DNA of 64,000 bases from contig JAIUPN010000009.1 of assembly GCA_020160755.1 (NCBI GenBank), positions 73,694-137,693 on the forward strand, in the 5' to 3' direction. Below, one piece after another: positions 9,097-18,213 of the stretch. Both the position numbers and the translations under genes were made by a program. Within the stretch, counting starts at the first letter, position 1. Every line of letters starts with the position of its first letter. Source of the DNA: Pseudomonadota bacterium. GTDB taxonomy: Bacteria > Pseudomonadota > Alphaproteobacteria > Sphingomonadales > Sphingomonadaceae. The notes beneath the pieces were generated by a model. That model saw nothing but the letters and a program-made list of their open reading frames with translations, searched no databases and was not told the origin of the DNA.

Positions 9097-10368
9097 ATGT
9101 ACGATCAGTTCTATGGTTTCACCGGGCGTCCGTTCCAGCTGACGCCAGATCCGCATTTCTATTTCGAAAGCGGAACGCACCGCAAGGCGATGTCCTACCT
9201 CGGCTATGGCCTCGCGCAGGGCGAAGGCTTCATCGTCATCACCGGCGATGTCGGCGCGGGCAAGACGACGCTTGTCGGGCATCTGATGAACACGATCGAC
9301 CCCAACCGCCTGACCGCGGTCAAGCTGGTGTCGACGCAGGTCGAGGGCGACGACCTTCTCCGCCTCGTTGCCGAACAGTTCGGCATCGAGTGGGAAGGTC
9401 AGAGCAAGGCCGAACTGCTGCGCTCGATGGAGCAATATCTGCGCGAACAGGCACGCGCCGGTCGTCGCACGTTGCTGATCGTCGACGAGGGACAGAATCT
9501 TGCGATCTCCGCGCTCGAAGAACTGCGGATGCTGTCGAACTTCCAGCTCGGCGGCCATTCGCTGCTGCAAATCTTCCTGCTCGGCCAGCCCGAATTCCGC
9601 CAGACGCTCTTTCACTCGCCGACGCTCGAACAGCTGCGCCAGCGCGTGATCGCGACGCACCACCTCGACCCGATGGAGCCCGAGGAGGTCGAGCCCTATA
9701 TCCTCCATCGCCTCGGTAAGGTGGGCTGGACGGGCAACCCCAGCTTCAGCCCCGACGCGTTCGAAGAAATCTTCGACTATAGCGAAGGCGTGCCGCGCAA
9801 ATTGAACGTGCTGGTCAGCCGCCTGCTGCTTTACGGTGCGGTCGAACAGATGAACCGCATCACGGCGCAGAATGTGCGTTCGGTGGTCGCCGAGATCGAG
9901 GCCGATCGCGGTATCGATGCGGCGACGCTCGCACCGCTGCCGGTCGCGGAGGTCGTTGCGGCCGCCGCAGCCGCCGTCGCGCCGACGCCCGCGCCTTTTT
10001 CGACCCCGGCACCTGCGGACGAAGCGCCGCTCGAATGGCCGCGGCGTGCGCCCGAACCCGTCGTCGACGGGCCGGCTCCTTTCGCTGCGCCCGCCGAAGC
10101 GGCGCGGGTCGTGACTCTGCTCCCGGCCGATGCCGAAGACACGATTCTCGAACTCGCGCCCGAAGAGGTTGCCGCCCCGGCGCCGGCGGCGCCGGCGGTC
10201 GATCCCGAACATCTCGCCGCTCTCGAAGCCCAGATCGCATCGCTCGAGGAGCGCCTCGTCGAACAGGATGCGGCGCTGCGCCGGGTGCTCGACCTACTGA
10301 TCGAATGGGTTGAACGCGATCCCGACAATGCGCCCAATCCGGCGACGTCGCAGACCTGGGCTGCCTGA
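9097..10368 (+). CDS. AAA ATPase, GspA/ExeA-like (XrtA/PEP-CTERM system-associated ATPase)
   Basis: 423 aa. Walker A GDVGAGKTT and Walker B LLIVDEGQNL. Ala/Pro-rich low-complexity tail followed by a short coiled coil. Confidence 0.85.
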   Translation: MYDQFYGFTGRPFQLTPDPHFYFESGTHRKAMSYLGYGLAQGEGFIVITGDVGAGKTTLVGHLMNTIDPNRLTAVKLVSTQVEGDDLLRLVAEQFGIEWEGQSKAELLRSMEQYLREQARAGRRTLLIVDEGQNLAISALEELRMLSNFQLGGHSLLQIFLLGQPEFRQTLFHSPTLEQLRQRVIATHHLDPMEPEEVEPYILHRLGKVGWTGNPSFSPDAFEEIFDYSEGVPRKLNVLVSRLLLYGAVEQMNRITAQNVRSVVAEIEADRGIDAATLAPLPVAEVVAAAAAAVAPTPAPFSTPAPADEAPLEWPRRAPEPVVDGPAPFAAPAEAARVVTLLPADAEDTILELAPEEVAAPAPAAPAVDPEHLAALEAQIASLEERLVEQDAALRRVLDLLIEWVERDPDNAPNPATSQTWAA

Positions 10369-10413
10369 CAGCGCAGCCGAAATCCGCTATCGGACCGATG
10401 AAGGTGAGCGAAA

Positions 10414-11274
10414 ATGCAGAACGGCCTGTCGGTCGATGTCGAGGACTGGTTCCAGGTCGGCGCGTTTGAGCGCACGATCGACCGTGCCGACTGGCCGACG
10501 CTCGAATGCCGGGTCGAGGCGAATTGCGACGCGGTGCTGCAGATTTTTGCCGACGCCGGCGCAAAGGGCACATTCTTCACGCTCGGTTGGGTCGCCGAAC
10601 GCTATCCCGCGCTGATCAAGCGCATCGTTGCGGCAGGCCACGAACTCGCGAGCCACGGCTACGATCACAAGCGCGTATTCAATATGACCGCCGACGAATT
10701 CGCGGCCGATCTGAAGCAGACGCAGGCTATCCTCGAAGATCTGGGCGGGGCCCAAATCAGCGGCTATCGCGCGCCAAGCTTTTCGGTCGATACGCGCACG
10801 CCGTGGGCGCATATGGTGCTCGCCGAACAGGGCTATGCCTATTCGTCGAGCGTCGCGCCGGTCGTCCACGATCATTATGGCTGGCCGCAAAGCCCGCGTC
10901 ACGCGTGGCGGCCGCTGCCCGACAGCGACCTCGTCGAATGGCCGGTCACCACCGCGCGTTTCGCCGGGCGAACCTTGGCGGCGGGCGGCGGCGGCTTCAT
11001 GCGGATGCTGCCCTATGGTTTCACGCGCTGGGCGATCGCGCGGATGAACGAAGAGGGGCACCCGGCGATCCTCTATTTCCACCCGTGGGAAATCGATCCC
11101 GGTCAGCCGCGCGTCGCCGACGCCCCGATCAAATCGAAAATACGCCATTACACGGGCTTGTCGGCCATGGCTGGCAAGCTGAAGAGGCTGCTCGCCGATT
11201 TCGAATGGACGCGCGCCGACGCCTTGCTCTCCGCGCAGCAGCAGCGCGCGCAGCCGTGGCGCGACGCGGCGTGA
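10414..11274 (+). CDS. polysaccharide deacetylase (NodB/CE4), PEP-CTERM locus subfamily
   Basis: 286 aa. Contains SVDVEDWFQV, GTFFTLGW and HELASHGYDH. Confidence 0.85.
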   Translation: MQNGLSVDVEDWFQVGAFERTIDRADWPTLECRVEANCDAVLQIFADAGAKGTFFTLGWVAERYPALIKRIVAAGHELASHGYDHKRVFNMTADEFAADLKQTQAILEDLGGAQISGYRAPSFSVDTRTPWAHMVLAEQGYAYSSSVAPVVHDHYGWPQSPRHAWRPLPDSDLVEWPVTTARFAGRTLAAGGGGFMRMLPYGFTRWAIARMNEEGHPAILYFHPWEIDPGQPRVADAPIKSKIRHYTGLSAMAGKLKRLLADFEWTRADALLSAQQQRAQPWRDAA

Positions 11275-12338
11275 ATGCGCCGACCCTTTCGATGAAGGAT
11301 GGGTTTTCCGGCACGCCGCTGTCCGACGCGGGCGAATGGGACGCCTATGTCGCCGGACATCCGGACGCGACGCCCTTCCACAGCCGCGTGTGGTGCGAAG
11401 CGATCACCAAAGCCACCGGCCATCGTTGCCACCTCGTCACTGCGCGCGACGCCGGCGGTGCGTTGACCGGAATCCTGCCGCTCCACCATATCCGCTCGCC
11501 CCTGTTCGGTCAGGCACTCGTCGCCAGCGGTTTTGCCGTGGGCGGCGGGATCCTCGCTGACGATCCGGCAGTCGCCGCGACGCTGGCGCAGGGCGCGGCG
11601 GACATGGCGAAGTCGCTCGGGGTTCCCTCGGTCGAGCTGCGCGGCGGGCCTGTGCCCGAGGGCGAGGGCTGGGCCAGCGAGGAAGGCGTGTACGCGGGCT
11701 TCGCACGCGACCTCGCCGCCGATGATGACGCCGAGCTTCTCGCCATTCCGCGCAAGCAGCGCGCCGAAGTGCGCAAGGTGCTGGAGAGCGGCTTGACGGT
11801 GACAACGGGCCGGAGCGATGCGGAGCGCCGCGATCATTATCGCATCTATGCGACCAGCGTCCGCAATCTCGGCACGCCGGTGTTCCCCAGGGCGCTGTTC
11901 GACGCGATACTCGACGCCTTTGGCGACGATGCCGAAATCCTGACCGTGCGCGAAGACGGGCGGCCCGTGGCCAGCGTGCTCAGCCTTGTCTGGCGCGGGA
12001 CGGTGATGCCCTATTGGGGCGGCGGCACAGCCGACGCCCGCCGCCTCCGCGCCAATGAGCTCATGTATTTCGCGTTGATGCGCCACGCGCGTGCGCGCGG
12101 TTGCACGCGCTTCGATTTCGGCCGCTCGAAGGTGGGCACCGGCCCCTTCGCCTACAAGAAGAATTGGGGCTTCGAGCCGCTGCCGCTCGTCTACGGCCGC
12201 TGGCTCGCTCCGGGCGAGGCCCCGCGCGACACCAACCCGAACAGCGCCAGATATCGCCTTCAGGTCGATCTTTGGAAGAAGCTGCCGCTGTGGGCTGCAA
12301 ACCGGCTCGGCCCGCTGATCGCCCGCGGGCTCGGTTAG
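11271..12338 (+). CDS. FemAB-family (peptidyl/aminoacyl-transferase fold) protein, PEP-CTERM system-associated
   Basis: In-frame GTG 11271 (GTGA overlap with the deacetylase stop). ATG 11292 is the alternative. C-terminal motif FDFGRSKVGTGPFAYKKNWGFEP. The N-terminal part of ORF 10506..12338 overlaps the deacetylase out of frame. Confidence 0.75.
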   Translation: MNAPTLSMKDGFSGTPLSDAGEWDAYVAGHPDATPFHSRVWCEAITKATGHRCHLVTARDAGGALTGILPLHHIRSPLFGQALVASGFAVGGGILADDPAVAATLAQGAADMAKSLGVPSVELRGGPVPEGEGWASEEGVYAGFARDLAADDDAELLAIPRKQRAEVRKVLESGLTVTTGRSDAERRDHYRIYATSVRNLGTPVFPRALFDAILDAFGDDAEILTVREDGRPVASVLSLVWRGTVMPYWGGGTADARRLRANELMYFALMRHARARGCTRFDFGRSKVGTGPFAYKKNWGFEPLPLVYGRWLAPGEAPRDTNPNSARYRLQVDLWKKLPLWAANRLGPLIARGLG

Positions 12339-12350
12339 GTTTTTGGGCTG

Positions 12351-13556
12351 ATGACCGGGATATTATTCCTCGTTCACCGCGCGCCATGGCCCCCTGACCG
12401 CGGTGACCGGATCCGCAGCTGGCACATGTTCGAGGCGCTGGCGAAGCTCGCGCCGGTGCACGTCGCGGCGCTCGCCGACAACGAAGCCGACGCCGCGCTC
12501 GCGCGCGACAGGATGGCGCCGCTTTGCAAGAGTCTCGCGATCGAAGTGCGCAAAGTCTCGCGTCCGCTGGCGCTGGCGCAGGCGGTGCTGAAGCGCGAGC
12601 CGGTGTCGAACCGCCTGTTCCGCAGCGCCGCACTCGCGCGCCATGTCGATCGGCTGATCAGGCAGGGCGGCATCACCCATATCGTCGCCTTTTCGGGCCA
12701 GATGGCACAATATCTGCCCGCTCGTTTCGACGGTCCGATGCTGATGGATTTCGTCGATGTCGATTCGGCGAAATTTGCCACCTACGCCGAACAGGACAAG
12801 CGCCAGCCGCTCAACTGGGTGCACGCGCGTGAAGCGCGGATGCTCGGCGCCTGGGAGGCCGAGGTGGCGCGCCGCGTCGACGCCAGCCTGTTCGTCAGCG
12901 AGGCTGAGGCCGCGCTGTTCTGCAGCCGCAGCGGGCCGGGCGCCGGCAAGATCTGCGCGGTCGAGAATGGCATCGACACCGATCGCTTCGATCCGGGCCT
13001 CGCGCTCGACCGGGTGGAAACGGGCGAGGGACCGCTCGCGGTCTTCACGGGGCAGATGGACTATCGCCCCAATATCGATGCGGTGCGCTGGTTCGTGGCC
13101 GATATCCTGCCGCTGATCCGCCGGCACCACCCCCGGGCGCGCTTCGCGATCGTCGGCCGCGCACCGACCGACGAGGTGCGCGCGCTCGAAAGCCTGCCGG
13201 GCGTCACGGTGACCGGCGAGGTGCCCGATGTTCGCCCATGGCTGGTGGCTGCCGATGCGGTGGTCGCGCCGCTGCTGCTCGCGCGCGGGGTACAGAACAA
13301 GCTGCTCGAGGCGATGGCTATGGCGCGTCCGGTGGTTGCCAGCGCCGCCGCCGCGACGGGAATCGACGCGACACCCGGTGCGCATCTGCTGGTTGCCCAG
13401 GATGCGGGTGAAATAGCCGGGGCCGTGTGCTCGCTCTTCGACGACCCCACGGGCGCCGCCACGATGGGGCAGGCCGCCCGCGCGCGGATGATCGCGCGTT
13501 ACGGCTGGGATGCCCGCCTCGCACCGCTCGGCGAACTGCTGGGGTTGCCCGCATGA
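12351..13556 (+). CDS. GT-B (GT4-like) glycosyltransferase, PEP-CTERM/EpsH1 system-associated type
   Basis: 401 aa. C-terminal GT4-like region GVQNKLLEAMAMARPVVAS. Lies immediately upstream of xrtA and is translationally coupled to it. Confidence 0.8.
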   Translation: MTGILFLVHRAPWPPDRGDRIRSWHMFEALAKLAPVHVAALADNEADAALARDRMAPLCKSLAIEVRKVSRPLALAQAVLKREPVSNRLFRSAALARHVDRLIRQGGITHIVAFSGQMAQYLPARFDGPMLMDFVDVDSAKFATYAEQDKRQPLNWVHAREARMLGAWEAEVARRVDASLFVSEAEAALFCSRSGPGAGKICAVENGIDTDRFDPGLALDRVETGEGPLAVFTGQMDYRPNIDAVRWFVADILPLIRRHHPRARFAIVGRAPTDEVRALESLPGVTVTGEVPDVRPWLVAADAVVAPLLLARGVQNKLLEAMAMARPVVASAAAATGIDATPGAHLLVAQDAGEIAGAVCSLFDDPTGAATMGQAARARMIARYGWDARLAPLGELLGLPA

Positions 13557-15040
13557 CCGGTTGGACCCACTGGCAGCGCCATCTCGCCGCGCTCGCGCTG
13601 CTCTCCGCGGCCATCCTCGCAATCTTCTGGCGCGACGCCGCCGACATGGCCGGGATCTGGTGGCATAGTTCGACCTTCACCCATTGCCTGCTGATGGTGC
13701 CGATGATCGGGTGGCTGGTGTCGCAGCGTGTCGCGCTGCTGCGTCCGCTGACGCCCGCCTTCTGGTGGCCTGCGCTGGTCTGGATGGCCGGCGCGGGGCT
13801 GGTGTGGCTCGTTGGCGAAGCCGCGGGGGTCGGGTTGTTCCGGCAGCTCGGGCTCGTGCTGATGCTGCAAGGCGCGGTCGCGGCGACGCTCGGCGAAAAG
13901 CTGGTGCGCGCGCTGCTGTTCCCGCTCGGCTATGCGCTGCTGCTGGTGCCGTTCGGCGAAGAGCTGGTGCCGCTGCTCCAGACCTTCACCGCGCACATCA
14001 GCGTCCTTCTCCTTCACCTGTCGGGCCTGTCGGCGGAAATGCAGGGCGTGTTCGTCACGACGCGCGCGGGCTTCTTCGAGGTCGCCGAGGAATGTTCGGG
14101 GGTCAATTTCCTGATCGCGATGCTCGCTTATTCGGTGTTCGCGGCGCATCTCTGCTTCAAAAGCTGGAAGCGGCGGGTCGTCTTTGTTCTGGCGGCGCTC
14201 GCTACGACAATCCTCGCCAATGCGCTGCGCGCTTATGGCACGATGGTCGCCGCCGAAATCTGGGGAATCGAGGCGGCGGGCGGGATCGACCATATTTTCT
14301 ATGGCTGGATATTCTTCGGGCTGGTGATCCTGATCGTCATGCTCGTCGCGCTGCGCTGGTTCGACCGGCCCGCGAATGATGCCGCGGTCGACGTCAGCGG
14401 ACTCGATGGCGTGCCGCGCTTCGCGGGGCCGGCAAAAGCGGTACTGCCCGCCGCGCTCGTGCTTCCGTTGCTCTTCGCCGGCTGGGCTTTTCTCATCGGC
14501 GGGCGCAGCGCGTCGCTGCCGGCGACCATGACCGTGGAAGCGCCGCCGGGCTGGCGCGACGTGCACGCGGGCGGCACCGTCTGGGCGCCGCGTTTCGACG
14601 GTGCCGACCAGCGATTGTTGCGCCGGTTCGGCAACGATCGGGGACAGGTGGTGACTGTCGCGATCGGCGGCTACGAACGGCAGGCCGAGGGGCGCGAGGT
14701 CGTGGCCTTCGGGCAGGGCGCCGTCGACCCCGGCAGCAAATGGGCGTGGAGCGCCGCGCTGCCAAGGGTCGAAGGGGCACGGACCGAGCGGCTGCTCCAT
14801 CCCGGCCCGGTGCTGCGCGACGCGGCGACCTGGTATGTCGTTGGCGGAACGGTGACCGGCGATCCGCGCCGCGCGAAACTCGCGGGACTGCAAGCACGGT
14901 TGCTGGGCGGCGACCCGCGCGCGCTGTCCCTGATCGTGTCGAGCGAGGAGCATCAGGGCGGGCTGAATGCGATCACCGATTTCGTTTCCGCGTCGGGCGG
15001 AGCCAACGCGATGGCTGACCGCGCGCTGAAAACGCGTTAA
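13553..15040 (+). CDS. xrtA: exosortase A (XrtA) fused to a C-terminal EpsI-family domain
   Basis: ATG 13553 (ATGA overlap). Polytopic N-terminal ~300 aa with WWHSSTFTHCLLM, the catalytic-type Cys in EVAEECSGVNFL, Arg in ANALRAYG and His in IDHIFYGWIFF. The C-terminal ~190 aa (one TM plus a soluble domain, ...WYVVGGTVTGDPRRAKLAGLQARL...) is EpsI-like. Confidence 0.85.
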   Translation: MTGWTHWQRHLAALALLSAAILAIFWRDAADMAGIWWHSSTFTHCLLMVPMIGWLVSQRVALLRPLTPAFWWPALVWMAGAGLVWLVGEAAGVGLFRQLGLVLMLQGAVAATLGEKLVRALLFPLGYALLLVPFGEELVPLLQTFTAHISVLLLHLSGLSAEMQGVFVTTRAGFFEVAEECSGVNFLIAMLAYSVFAAHLCFKSWKRRVVFVLAALATTILANALRAYGTMVAAEIWGIEAAGGIDHIFYGWIFFGLVILIVMLVALRWFDRPANDAAVDVSGLDGVPRFAGPAKAVLPAALVLPLLFAGWAFLIGGRSASLPATMTVEAPPGWRDVHAGGTVWAPRFDGADQRLLRRFGNDRGQVVTVAIGGYERQAEGREVVAFGQGAVDPGSKWAWSAALPRVEGARTERLLHPGPVLRDAATWYVVGGTVTGDPRRAKLAGLQARLLGGDPRALSLIVSSEEHQGGLNAITDFVSASGGANAMADRALKTR

Positions 15041-15053
15041 GAGCGCTTCCTAT

Positions 15054-16949
15054 ATGTGCGGGATCGCTGGCATCTATCATCTGGAAACGGCGAAACCGGT
15101 CGACCCGGCGCGCCTGCGCGCCATGCTCCAGCCGATGCAGCACCGCGGCCCCGACGGATCGGGCGAATGGACCGCGCCCGGCGTCGGGCTCGGCCATCTG
15201 CGGCTGTCGATCATCGATATCGAAGGCAGCCCGCAGCCGATGGCGAGCGATGACGAGATCGTCACGCTCACCTACAATGGCGAAATCTACAACTTTCGCG
15301 AATTGCGCGCCGAGCTGGAGGATCGCGGCCACCGGTTCCGCACCAGCGGCGATACCGAGGTCATCATCGCGGCGTGGCGCCAGTGGGGTCCCGACTGCCT
15401 GTCGCGGCTCAACGGCATGTTCGCCTTCGCGATCCATGATCACCGGCGTGGATGCCTGTTCCTTGCGCGCGACCGGCTGGGGGTGAAGCCGCTCCACTAT
15501 GTCCGCCTGTCCGACGGCTCGGTGGCCTTCGCCTCGGAGCTGAAGGGGCTGCTGCGCAATCCGCTGTTGCGGCAGGAAGCGAACCTCACCGCGATCGAGG
15601 ATTTCCTCGCTTTCGGCTATGTCCCCGACGACAATTGCATCGTCGCTGGCGTTCAGAAGCTGCCCGCCGGCCATTATCTGATGCTCGAACGCGGCAAGCC
15701 CATCTCCGCGCCGACGCGCTGGTGGGCGCCCGATTTCTCGAAGCGGATTCGCGCGAGCGAAGGCGAGGCCGCCGAACATCTCGTCCACCTGATGCGTGCC
15801 GCGGTGACTGACCGCATGGTCGCCGACGTGCCGCTCGGCGCGTTTCTGTCGGGCGGGGTCGATTCGAGCGCGGTCGTCGCACTGATGGCCGAGGCGAGCG
15901 CGAAGGCGGTCAAGACCTGCACGATCGGCTTCGATCAGGCGGCGCTCGACGAAACCGCCTACGCCCAACAGATCGCCGAGCGGTTCGCGACCGATCATCG
16001 CACGCGCACCGTGTCGTCGGGCGACTTTGCGCTCGTCGACCGGATTGCCGACATGTTCGACGAACCCTTTGCCGACGCGAGCGCGCTGCCGACATACCGC
16101 GTGTGCGAACTCGCGCGCGAAGAGGTGACGGTGGCGCTGTCGGGCGACGGCGCCGACGAGGCTTTCGCGGGATATCGTCGCCTTGTCTTCCAGTATCAGG
16201 AAGAAAAACTGCGCGGACTGATCCCGGGCTTCCTGCGGCGCGGGGTACTCGGACCGCTTTCGCATGTCTGGCCGCAGATGGACTGGGCGCCGCGTCCGCT
16301 GCGCGCCCGCGCGACGCTTGCCAGCCTGTCGAAGAGCGGTGCGGAGGGCTATGCCGAGGCGGTGGGCGTGACCGGGCTCCAGCAACGATCGCGCCTGTTC
16401 AACGACGCCGCGCACCATGCGCTCGGCGATCATGTCGCCGAAACGCGATACTGGAAGGCGATGGCCGAGGCGCCGGCGCGCGAGCCGCTCGACCGGGCGC
16501 AATATGCCGATCTGATGATCTGGCTGCCCGGCGACATCCTGACCAAGACCGACCGGATGAGCATGGCCGTCAGCCTCGAAGCGCGCGAACCCCTGCTCGA
16601 CTATCGCCTGATCGAATTCGCCGCTTCGCTGCCTGCGTCGATGCGGGTGAAGGGCAGTACCGGCAAGGCGATCATGAAACAGGCGATGGAACGCTATCTG
16701 CCGCACGACATCCTCTACCGTCCGAAGATGGGGTTTGTGACGCCCGTATCGCACTGGTTCCGCGGGCCGTTGATCGAACAGGCGAAGGTATTGGCGAGTT
16801 CTTCGACGCTTGCGCGCTCGGGCTGGTTCGACATGGCGGAAATCGAACGGATCGTGGCAGCGCACCAATCGGGCCGCCGCGACCATGGTCGCCTGATCTG
16901 GCAATTCTTCATGCTCGAAAAGTCGCTGGCGAAACTGTTCGGGATCTGA
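15054..16949 (+). CDS. asparagine synthase-like amidotransferase (exosortase A system-associated amidotransferase 1 type)
   Basis: 631 aa. Ntn-glutaminase start MCGIAG and PP-loop SGGVDSS. Confidence 0.9.
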   Translation: MCGIAGIYHLETAKPVDPARLRAMLQPMQHRGPDGSGEWTAPGVGLGHLRLSIIDIEGSPQPMASDDEIVTLTYNGEIYNFRELRAELEDRGHRFRTSGDTEVIIAAWRQWGPDCLSRLNGMFAFAIHDHRRGCLFLARDRLGVKPLHYVRLSDGSVAFASELKGLLRNPLLRQEANLTAIEDFLAFGYVPDDNCIVAGVQKLPAGHYLMLERGKPISAPTRWWAPDFSKRIRASEGEAAEHLVHLMRAAVTDRMVADVPLGAFLSGGVDSSAVVALMAEASAKAVKTCTIGFDQAALDETAYAQQIAERFATDHRTRTVSSGDFALVDRIADMFDEPFADASALPTYRVCELAREEVTVALSGDGADEAFAGYRRLVFQYQEEKLRGLIPGFLRRGVLGPLSHVWPQMDWAPRPLRARATLASLSKSGAEGYAEAVGVTGLQQRSRLFNDAAHHALGDHVAETRYWKAMAEAPAREPLDRAQYADLMIWLPGDILTKTDRMSMAVSLEAREPLLDYRLIEFAASLPASMRVKGSTGKAIMKQAMERYLPHDILYRPKMGFVTPVSHWFRGPLIEQAKVLASSSTLARSGWFDMAEIERIVAAHQSGRRDHGRLIWQFFMLEKSLAKLFGI

Positions 16950-17028
16950 ATTCTATCCTCTGGGACAGGGTAGGGACCGATGCGAATCGCCACGCCATCT
17001 TAACGCTTGGCTGCTAGGCTCGCTTCCG

Positions 17029-18213
17029 ATGACGGTGCATCCTGCCTTTCCGATCGATGGCCTCGAAGCCCGGCCGCTGGCCGTGCGTATCGTCGATCCG
17101 CTGTCGCTTTCGGACGATCTCGCCGCCGCATGGGACCGGCTGGCCGGGGAAGCGAGCGAGCCCAACCCCTTTGCCGAGCGCTGGTGCCTGCAATCGGCAC
17201 TGCACCTGCTCGATCCCGAACGGAACGCGCGGCTGGTGCTGGTACAGGGCGGCAGCGACGGGCCGCTGGTCGGTGTCATGCCGGTCGCGCCCGCAACGCA
17301 TTATGGCCGCCTGCCGCTGTGCCACGTGACGGGCTGGGCGCACCCCAATCACTTCCACGGCGCGCCGCTGGTGCGCGCGGGGTTCGAAAGCCTCTTCTGG
17401 TCGATCCTGCTCGGCTGGTGCGATGCCGCGCCGTGGGCGCGTACGCTTGTACAGGTGCCGCGATTGACCGAGGACGGGCCGCTCCACCGCGCGCTGGAGG
17501 GCGTTGCGCGGGCGCGCGGCGGTGAGGCCGTGGCGGTGCATCGCGAGGAACGCGCGTTGCTGGAGAGCGCGTCGTCGCCGGAGGAATATTGGGACGCGGC
17601 GGTACGTGCGAAGAAGCGCAAGGAGCTGCGTCGTCAGGCCAATCGTCTGGCCGAGCAAGGCGCGGTGCGCTTTCGCCGCTGGCAGCCGGGCGAGGCGATC
17701 GAGCCGTGGATCGACGCCTTCCTCGACCTCGAGGCGCGCGGTTGGAAAGGTCGCGCCGGATCGGCGCTCGCGAGTCATGGTGACACCGAGGCGTGGTTCC
17801 GGGCGACTCTCTCCGGTGGCGCCGAGGCGGGCAAGCTCGACATGCGTGCGCTTGACCTCGACGATCGCCCGCTCGCGATGCTGATCAACTTCCTTTGTCC
17901 GCCGGGCGGCTTTTCGTTCAAGACTGCGTTCGACGAGGATTTCGCGCGCTTCTCGCCCGGCGTGCTGCTGCAACAGGCGAACCTCGATCTGCTCGACGAC
18001 CCGCGGATCGACTGGGTCGACAGCTGCGCCGCGCCCGGACACCCGATGATCGACAGCGTGTGGCGCGAACGGCGCGCGCTCGTCTGGGTCAATATTGCCT
18101 TGTCGGCGCCGTTCGACCGCTTGCGTTTCGCCATGCTGACGCAGGTCGAACGCGTCTGGCGACGCTGGAAGGGTGCTCCGGTACCCGAAAATCAAGTAGA
18201 AGGCCTGTCATGA
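17029..18213 (+). CDS. GNAT-fold acyltransferase, BioF2-like/CelD-like family (paralog of 113..1108)
   Basis: 394 aa. Contains KKRKELRRQANRL and the motif FSFKTAFDEDFARFSPGVLLQQ shared with the first GNAT. A 79-nt gap with no obvious hairpin separates it from the amidotransferase. Confidence 0.7.
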   Translation: MTVHPAFPIDGLEARPLAVRIVDPLSLSDDLAAAWDRLAGEASEPNPFAERWCLQSALHLLDPERNARLVLVQGGSDGPLVGVMPVAPATHYGRLPLCHVTGWAHPNHFHGAPLVRAGFESLFWSILLGWCDAAPWARTLVQVPRLTEDGPLHRALEGVARARGGEAVAVHREERALLESASSPEEYWDAAVRAKKRKELRRQANRLAEQGAVRFRRWQPGEAIEPWIDAFLDLEARGWKGRAGSALASHGDTEAWFRATLSGGAEAGKLDMRALDLDDRPLAMLINFLCPPGGFSFKTAFDEDFARFSPGVLLQQANLDLLDDPRIDWVDSCAAPGHPMIDSVWRERRALVWVNIALSAPFDRLRFAMLTQVERVWRRWKGAPVPENQVEGLS

